A program made the translations under genes and the position numbers. A stretch of 64,000 bases of DNA, from positions 64,001 through 128,000 of the forward strand of contig CBDFJG010000004.1 in the NCBI GenBank assembly GCA_965248445.1, written 5' to 3'. Below the pieces are notes generated by a model. It saw nothing but the letters and a program-made list of their open reading frames with translations. It was not told where the DNA came from and did not search any database. Of the stretch, positions 57,394 through 64,000 are shown piece by piece (positions within the stretch are counted from its first letter, which is position 1; each line of letters opens with the position of its first letter). The stretch comes from Planctomycetota bacterium. GTDB lineage: Bacteria > Planctomycetota > JAJSAM01 > JAJVHW01.

Positions 57394-58872
57394 GTACCCG
57401 TTCAGCCCTTGGTTCTGAGCTCGGATCCAGATCGCTTTCCGTTCGGTCGATGAATCGGATGTGGGCACCGATGAGCTGCGTGATCTGGTCGAGCGCCTGA
57501 CCCGTCGTCTGGACGCTCGGGACGAGACGATTGCCGAGCAGGCGGAGGTGATCGAGCGGCAGGCGGCACGGATCGACGATCTCGAGAGCCGTCTTCGCCG
57601 GGACTCCCGCACCTCCTCGCGCCCACCGTCCTCGGATCCGTCGTGGTCCAAGAAGCGGCGGCGGCGCAAGCCGCCGTCGGACAAGCGCCAGGGTGCGCAG
57701 CCCGGCCACAAAGGGGCGACGCGCAAGCTCGTGGACGAGTCCGAGGTCGATGGCGTAGAGGACCACCGCCCGCGCGAGTGCAGCGCGTGTGGGAGCGACG
57801 TGCTCGTCCCGATCGATCGCGCCCCGACACGCCAGCAGGTCTTCGAGGTCCCGCCACGGCTGATCCAGGTGACCGAGCACCGGTTGCACCGGGCACGGTG
57901 CACGGACTGTGGCGCCACGTCCACTGCCTCGCTGCCAAGCGGTGTGACGGCGAGTCCCTTCGGCCCGCGACTCTGTGCGCTCACCGCGGCTCTGGTCGGC
58001 GTCTTCCGCCTGTCGCGGCGCGAGACCAGTCGTCTGTTGCGTGACGTCATCGGCGTCTCGATGTCACCGGGCACGGTCAGTGCGATCGAGGAGCGGGTGT
58101 CGGGAGCCATCTCCTCAGCGCACATCGAGGCCCTCGGGGCCGTACGCACGAGCAGCGTCGCCTATGTAGACGAGACACCGTGGTCGCGTCGTGGCACGCT
58201 GCATTGGCTGTGGAGCGCGGTCTGTGAGCACGCCACGGTCCATCGTATCGATCGGCGCAGGAGCGCCAAGGCCATGCGGCGACTCGTGGGCAAGCGCTTC
58301 AGGGGCGTCCTCGTGACCGACCGTATGGGCGCTTACGACCAGCATCCCACCGAGCGCCGCCAGATCTGCTGGGCGCATCTCGAGAGGGACTTTCGAGCGC
58401 TGGCCGAGGGTCATGCGAGCTCAGCGTCACTTCGGCGAGCACGGGGACCGCGACCGCATGCGGCGTGAGCTGCGTCTCACATGGGACCGACTCCTGACGC
58501 TGCTCGTGCGCGGCGCAGACAGCAAGCACCGCCGAGTACGCGGAACGACTCGGCATCTGCTCGACCGAGCGGAGGCTCTGTGGACCTTCGCCGACGTCCC
58601 TGGCGTCTCCCCGACGAACAACGCCGCTGAGCGCGCGGTGCGCAAGCCGGTCCTGTGGAGACGCGCAACGCACGGAAGTCAGAGCGAGCGCGGACTCCGC
58701 TTCGTCGAGCGCATCCTGACCGTCACCGCCACGCTCCGCCAGCGTGGCGAGAGCGTCTTCGATTACCTCGCAGACGTCAGCGCGGCACTCGCGCACAACC
58801 GCTCGCCGCCGGCTCTCGTCGCGCTCCCGATCACGCGCTGAGGCCGCGGATCGTCATACCCTGAACGGGTAC
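57394..58872 (+). mobile_element. IS66-family IS copy 2 (1479 bp), transposase frameshifted by a 53-bp deletion at ~58410
   Basis: Inverted copy of 53404-54935 lacking CTCGCGCGG...CCAGGCTG (53 nt). Confidence 0.93.
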
Positions 58873-59969
58873 GCGCGCGTTGTCCTTGTTCACCTTCCCG
58901 GTGGCGACCAGCACTTGCGCCTTGAAGACCACGCGGCGGGACCTGCTCCAGCTCTTCGCCCGGTACTCGCAGTCGCCGTAGATCTGCGCCGTCTTGTCTT
59001 CCATCGCCGCCAGCACCGCAGCCGCTGTCATCTCGGCGTCGCACAGATCCAGGAGCCGCTTGTTCTTGGGCATCCCGACCACGTACTTCACGCCGAGTTC
59101 GTCCAGCGCGTCGAAGAGCCGCGAGCCGGCGAAGCCGCTGTCCAGGCGCACGAGGATCTGCGTGCGCGGAAACGCACGCCGAAGTCGCTTCACCATCCGG
59201 CGGATCGTCCGCAGCGACGTGCGGCCCTCCTTCGCGTTGCCCGGCCGCAGCCGCGCACAGAAAAGGTACTGCTCCGGATCGCCGTCGACCGTGAGGAAGC
59301 CGAAAACCGGCAGGTAGCACCACGTGTCGTAGAAGCCGTTGAAGAGCGCTCCCTGCTGTGCACCGTGGGTCGGGTCACAGCTCGGGTCCATGTCGATCGT
59401 GATGCGCCGGGCCCCCCGGTGGCGAGCGCAAAGACGCTCGATCACGTCCTCCTCGAGCTTGCGCGACAAGGCCACGAGCTCGTGCGCCGTGACCGCGTTC
59501 TCGAAGCGCGACAGCGTCGCCTGAGACGCCAGGTCGGCGCCCTTGATCGGCGCGCGGCCCGTGACCCCCTTGAGCATCGGGTCGGTGCCCACGCGAGCCG
59601 CGTCGTTCTGGTCGCTGTAGCCCAGGCCGATCGAGAAGACGCGCTGCCGAAAGAGCTCCTCCAACGAGTGCTGCACCCGCGTCGGGTCACGACGATCCAC
59701 CAACAGCGCAGCCAGACCTGCGGTCACTCCCATTCGACGGTCCACCGCGCGCAGCAGTCCCGCGCCTCCCTCGGACGTGTGCGCTTCGCCGTCGAACACG
59801 GCCGTGGTGACCTTCCCGAAGAGATCGGGAAACCGGACAGTGTGTGGGGTAGAATTCGTCACTCGGGCGTACCTCTCGCATCTGTGTAACTATTGCTCTA
59901 ACAACAGTTTATGCAATGCGCGGTGCGCCCGAATCTACGTTCCGGGCGTGGCATGATGAATTATGCAGG
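58873..59969 (-). mobile_element. 5' part of a second IS1380-family element (type B); transposase from 59862, truncated by IS66
   Basis: TIR CCTGCATAATTCAT with CTAG at 59970-73; TSEGG, IDMD, HGAQQG and RLDSGF motifs. Confidence 0.9.
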
Positions 59970-60834
59970 CTAGCCACCCGTCCGGGATGTCCGCGGGATC
60001 GGGGCGCGTGAACATGCGGGGGTCGGCGGCCGGGAGGACGTCTTCGCCCACGCCGTCCCGGACGAAGAAAGCGTTGATGCGGTGCTGGTTGCAGCCGACC
60101 AGTCGGTAGCCCTTGCGCTCAGCGAGCTTCACTAGGGCGCCCAGGGACGCGCCTCCGACCGTCGGGCCGATCTGTACGAAGTTCGGCTCGTAGCGGACCG
60201 TCACCGACTGTTCGGCGGCGAAGCGCGCGTTGTACTCGATCACGACAATCCGCGGTTCGACGCAGGTGATCGCTTCCCAGATCCAGTAGTCGACACCGTC
60301 GACGTCGATCGACAGGACGTCGATCTCACCGCGGAACCCGTTGCCGCTGATCAGGCCGTCGACGTTGCCGCGGTCCACCCACCCCGTGACCATGCGTGGC
60401 TGGTGGGATCGGGTGTCGCGGCACATTCCGTAGAAGCGCCGGCCCAGGTCGAGCTGCCGCGCACGGGCGTCCAGGAGCAGTCCGCGGAAGCCGTGATTGA
60501 TGACCAGGTTGGCGGTGTTGCACTCCACGCCGCTGCCACAGCCGACCTCGACTGAACGCCGTGTCGCCATACCGGTCTTCGTCAGCAGGTAGAGCAGCAC
60601 ACCGTCTTCGCCGTTCTGCGAGAACGAACGGAACTCGATGTCCTGCCACGACGGGGCCGTTCCGTTCATGCCGCGGTACGCGTGCATCAGAAGCAGTTGG
60701 TTCTGGCGGTCGATAGCGCCCACGCGGTCGAGGCGCTTGCGATAGTCCGCGACCACGTGGTCGACGCTGAACAGGCGCGGCAGGCCGCGCAGCAGTTTCT
60801 TCGTCCACTTCTCGGTTAGCCGGGCCAACTGCAT
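59935..60834 (-). CDS. FkbM-like methyltransferase-fold protein; last codons run into the IS1380-B end
   Basis: SQNGEDG, VEVGCGSG, LSIDVDGVDYWIW, VIEYN; GAGGAG RBS. Confidence 0.8.
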   Translation of the reverse strand: MQLARLTEKWTKKLLRGLPRLFSVDHVVADYRKRLDRVGAIDRQNQLLLMHAYRGMNGTAPSWQDIEFRSFSQNGEDGVLLYLLTKTGMATRRSVEVGCGSGVECNTANLVINHGFRGLLLDARARQLDLGRRFYGMCRDTRSHQPRMVTGWVDRGNVDGLISGNGFRGEIDVLSIDVDGVDYWIWEAITCVEPRIVVIEYNARFAAEQSVTVRYEPNFVQIGPTVGGASLGALVKLAERKGYRLVGCNQHRINAFFVRDGVGEDVLPAADPRMFTRPDPADIPDGWLACIIHHATPGT

Positions 60835-60922
60835 CTCCTCGCCCCGCAGGATCGCCAACGAACATGAACACTGAGTGACGCCTTCCCCACCTCGCGTGGA
60901 TGTTGCTAAGTTCCGCCGCAAC

Positions 60923-61612
60923 ATGAGCAGCGTTCGCCCCGAACCGCCGAAGAGCTCTGACGATCTCTTGGACTTCGCAATCGAGGTCTTGAACGAAGCG
61001 GCACCCGGCCGTGGCACGCTGCTCGACCTCCCGTGCGGCACCGGCCACCTCTCGATGCGGGCGCGGGAGACCGGATGGCACATCCTCCCCTGCGACCTGC
61101 ACCCTGACTTCTGGGAGGGTGACCCGGACGTTGCGGTGCAGCGCTGCAACTTCAACGAACTGCTGCCGTTCGACGAGGACAGCGCCGATGCGATCGCGCA
61201 CTGCGAGGGAATCGAGCACGTCGAGAACCCGTGGCAGATCCTGCGCGAGTTCCGCCGCGTGCTGCGCCCGGGCGGCACACTGGTGCTGTCGTTCCCGAGC
61301 ACGATCGACGTGCGGCAGCGGCTGCGCATGCTGCGCCGCGGTTACATCGGGCATTACCTGCCACGCGTCCCGGAGCACGTCAACCCGATGGGCACGTTCT
61401 ATCTGTGCCATGCGCTGATCCGCACCGGCTGGGCGATCGAGTCCGTGTCGACGCGTCAGAACTACGGAGGCATTGCGCACCGTGTGCTGGCGCGTTTCAT
61501 GGGTTTCGGGAAGCACTGCGGCCTGCCCAACGACGTCCGCGAGATGCTCTCGCGTTCGGATGTCCTGCGGGCCCGCACGGTGTACGTCGTGGCGCGGCCG
61601 GTCGGCGACTGA
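60923..61612 (+). CDS. class I SAM-dependent methyltransferase
   Basis: LLDLPCGTG, IEHVENP and RVLRPGG motifs. Confidence 0.9.
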   Translation: MSSVRPEPPKSSDDLLDFAIEVLNEAAPGRGTLLDLPCGTGHLSMRARETGWHILPCDLHPDFWEGDPDVAVQRCNFNELLPFDEDSADAIAHCEGIEHVENPWQILREFRRVLRPGGTLVLSFPSTIDVRQRLRMLRRGYIGHYLPRVPEHVNPMGTFYLCHALIRTGWAIESVSTRQNYGGIAHRVLARFMGFGKHCGLPNDVREMLSRSDVLRARTVYVVARPVGD

Positions 61613-61618
61613 CGCTCG

Positions 61619-62491
61619 TCAGATGCGGCGCGCGAGCCACTCCATGTGGCCGCCCTGCCCGGTCAGACGGACATAGAGACCGAGGAGCCGCCTGCGCAGC
61701 CCGTTGGGCATCTCGATCCCCCAGGTGCGCAGCGAGTGGAGCTCGAGGCCGGCCGTCTCGACGAGCCGCCGGGCCGTTTCCGGGTTGAAGTACGACACGT
61801 GACCCTGGCTCGCATATCCGTAGTACGACCACTTCGCGCCGGACCAACGGGCCGAGAACGACCGTGCGTTACCCGTCTTGCAGAACACAACGCCGCCGGG
61901 GCGTAGCACCCGCCGGACCTCGCGGAACAGCGGTACTGGGCTGTCCACGTGCTCGATCACCTCGCAGAGGTAGACGATGTCGACACTGGCAGATGGCAGT
62001 TCGGCGTCGGCGAGGTAGCCGGTGTGCACGTCGAGGTCGTAGCGCTCCCGCGCCAGGTCCGCGGTCTCGGCCTCGGGTTCGATCCCCCGCACGTCCCAGC
62101 CGGAAGATGCGGCAACATCGAGGAACAGCCCCTCGCGACACCCGATCTCGACGAGCTGCCCGTGACCGCGGAACGGCTCCAGTCGGCGCAACCGGCGCGC
62201 ATACTTGCGGCGGCGGTCGCGCAGTCGCCTGCTGCCCGGCTCGCCGTACTCCTCGCGCGCGTGACGCATCGGTGTGTTCGCGACGACCGGGTCCGCGTAA
62301 CGCGGATCGACGTAGACGAATGCGCACGCGTCGCACGAGACGTAGTCGAACCCCCGCTTCGTGAAGAGCTTCGACGGCCGGTGTTCCCCGCAGAGAGCAC
62401 ACGGATAGCTCTACAGCGTGCCCGCAAGATGCAGGTCCACCCGCTCGGTACCCTCCGCAGACGCTTCGGACGCGACCGTGTCGTGCGACAT
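61619..62491 (-). pseudogene. class I SAM-dependent methyltransferase with N-terminal Zn ribbon and an in-frame TAG at 62411-62413
   Basis: ATG 62491, then TAG, then CALC...CDAC, VEIGCREG, EVIEHV and VLRPGG, all in one frame. Confidence 0.75.
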
Positions 62492-62546
62492 GGCGCGCCA
62501 GTCTTGTCACCCGTACTGAACGGTCGGTGAACGGCCTCTTGGCGGG

Positions 62547-63338
62547 TCACGTACGGGTCGCGACGAGAACCAGGTCGTGCGACGAGCTGGCCTCGTACGG
62601 TCCGCCATGCATGTCGCCGTGCAGAGCGGCGTCGAACCCGGCGGACGCGAAGCGCGGGGTCAGGTCGGCGGGCGTCCACGCGCGCAGCGGCACGCGCCGG
62701 GTGCCGCGGACAGTGACGGGCTCCTCGGCGTCGTGCTGCAACTCCAGCGTCGTCGGGAAGAACAGGATCCGGCCGCCCCCCGCGTCCTTCATCAGGCGGA
62801 GGAACACGATCTCGGTTCGGTCGTCGTCACCCGCGCGCATGTTCACAGGCAGGTGACGGATGTCCTGAGACAGGATGCGCTCGTAGTTCAGGAGCTGCAC
62901 GAGCAGAAGTCCGCCTGGCAAGAGGAGTGAGTGCGCCGACGCGAGAAGCGTGTCGAGTTCGTCGTCCTCCTGCACGTGCGGCAGCATGTTCCCGAGGCAG
63001 ATGGCGAGACCGAAGGGTGGCTCGTCCGGCAGAACTGGATGCGCAGACAGCGCGTCGCCGAGCACGAACCGGCCGTCACCGCGCGACTCGTGCTCCTGCG
63101 CGGCCTCGATCATCGACTCGGAGCGGTCGAGCCCGACGGCACGGGCTCCTCGCTGCGCGAAGAACGCCGTGTGCTCGCCGGTCCCGCAACCGAGATCCAG
63201 CACCGAGCGGTCCGGCGCGCGGTCGAGCAGCGAGAGCAGGTACGGCGACTCCCGCTCGATGCGCCGCTGCCACGCGATGAGCCGCCGGTACTCCACACGC
63301 GAATACTGATCGCCGGGACCTCCGCTCTCCTTGCTCAT
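62547..63338 (-). CDS. class I SAM-dependent methyltransferase
   Basis: VLDLGCGTG, GLDRS, CLGNMLPH and LLPGG motifs. Confidence 0.9.
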   Translation of the reverse strand: MSKESGGPGDQYSRVEYRRLIAWQRRIERESPYLLSLLDRAPDRSVLDLGCGTGEHTAFFAQRGARAVGLDRSESMIEAAQEHESRGDGRFVLGDALSAHPVLPDEPPFGLAICLGNMLPHVQEDDELDTLLASAHSLLLPGGLLLVQLLNYERILSQDIRHLPVNMRAGDDDRTEIVFLRLMKDAGGGRILFFPTTLELQHDAEEPVTVRGTRRVPLRAWTPADLTPRFASAGFDAALHGDMHGGPYEASSSHDLVLVATRT

Positions 63339-63363
63339 TCGATCGATCAGGCTACTCGGCGTC

Positions 63364-63996
63364 TCACTTGGCAGCGTGGGTGCGATTCTCGCTCATCCGG
63401 CGCGCGCTCAGCCGGAACACGAAGTCGAGTGTCAGGTAGGCGAACACGATCAGCGCGAGCACGTACGCGCCGATCTTCACCTGGGTGGCCGAGGATGCCA
63501 GCGCTGTAAGCGTCGCGGAGGGTGCATCCGCGTCGTCCGGCACGCCGTACACGATGAACAGCAACAGGATGTTCTCGATCACATCGGCTATCAGCGCGAT
63601 GGCGCCGAGCACCGTGACCGGAATGCTCGCCGTGCGCCACCCACCGACACGCCGCGCTCCCACACGCGAGAGCGCACCCATCAGCGCGAGCGCGTAGAGC
63701 GTCATCACGCCGAAGAGGAGAGCGACGATGAAGTCGACCCACGTGGCGGTGGCGTAGAACGACCATGACGACGGACCGACCGACTCGAACACGTTGCGCA
63801 GATCGTCGGCCGTGTACCCACGCCACTGCATGTGTGGCCAGAGCGCCGGATCGACCCCGCCGCCCCACTGCAGGAGCTGCATCGAGAAGAAGATCAGCGC
63901 AGCGAACACGAACGCAAACATCGCGGAGACGAACGCTGCGAGGACCACGCGCTGCCACGCTCTGAAGCGTGTCGGGTCCACGTCAAGCAGTCTCAT
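63364..63996 (-). CDS. integral membrane protein (about 4 TM)
   Basis: Hydrophobic segments and ADVIEN motif; the start may lie beyond the window. Confidence 0.7.
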   Translation of the reverse strand: MRLLDVDPTRFRAWQRVVLAAFVSAMFAFVFAALIFFSMQLLQWGGGVDPALWPHMQWRGYTADDLRNVFESVGPSSWSFYATATWVDFIVALLFGVMTLYALALMGALSRVGARRVGGWRTASIPVTVLGAIALIADVIENILLLFIVYGVPDDADAPSATLTALASSATQVKIGAYVLALIVFAYLTLDFVFRLSARRMSENRTHAAK

Positions 63997-64000
63997 CGCC

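Overview
High-GC bacterial DNA. The gene types suggest a Planctomycetota-like host, but that is inference only. Host-like genes sit at both edges: alpha/beta hydrolase, MFS transporter and lipoprotein at 1-3880, and a SAM-methyltransferase cluster at 59970-64000. Between them lies a ~56 kb mobile-element mosaic. (i) An IS1380 composite transposon at 3881-8798. (ii) The early/recombination arm of a prophage at ~9190-19299: integrase, Xis, J-domain protein, RusA, SbcC/SbcD and a candidate single-strand annealing protein, cut off by an IS1595. (iii) A nested IS110/IS110/IS1595 cluster at 19300-24342. (iv) A tRNA-Pro(CGG)-type integrative element at ~26040-39668 with an attP-like site and an AEP primase/RecD2/ERCC4/DUF669/AAA/PD-(D/E)XK module. 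(v) Two tandem signal-peptide-bearing RHS proteins with different C-terminal domains at 41408-52919. (vi) An inverted IS66 pair sitting between halves of two different IS1380 elements at 53221-59969. The best finding is an IS110 whose bridge RNA can be read directly from the sequence: all four guides match the element's own ends and its insertion site, and that programmed target appears to be the terminus of a different IS110-family element, i.e. RNA-guided IS-on-IS parasitism. Several small frameshifts, one in a host gene, may be assembly errors. No database searches were run; family assignments rest on recognised motifs.
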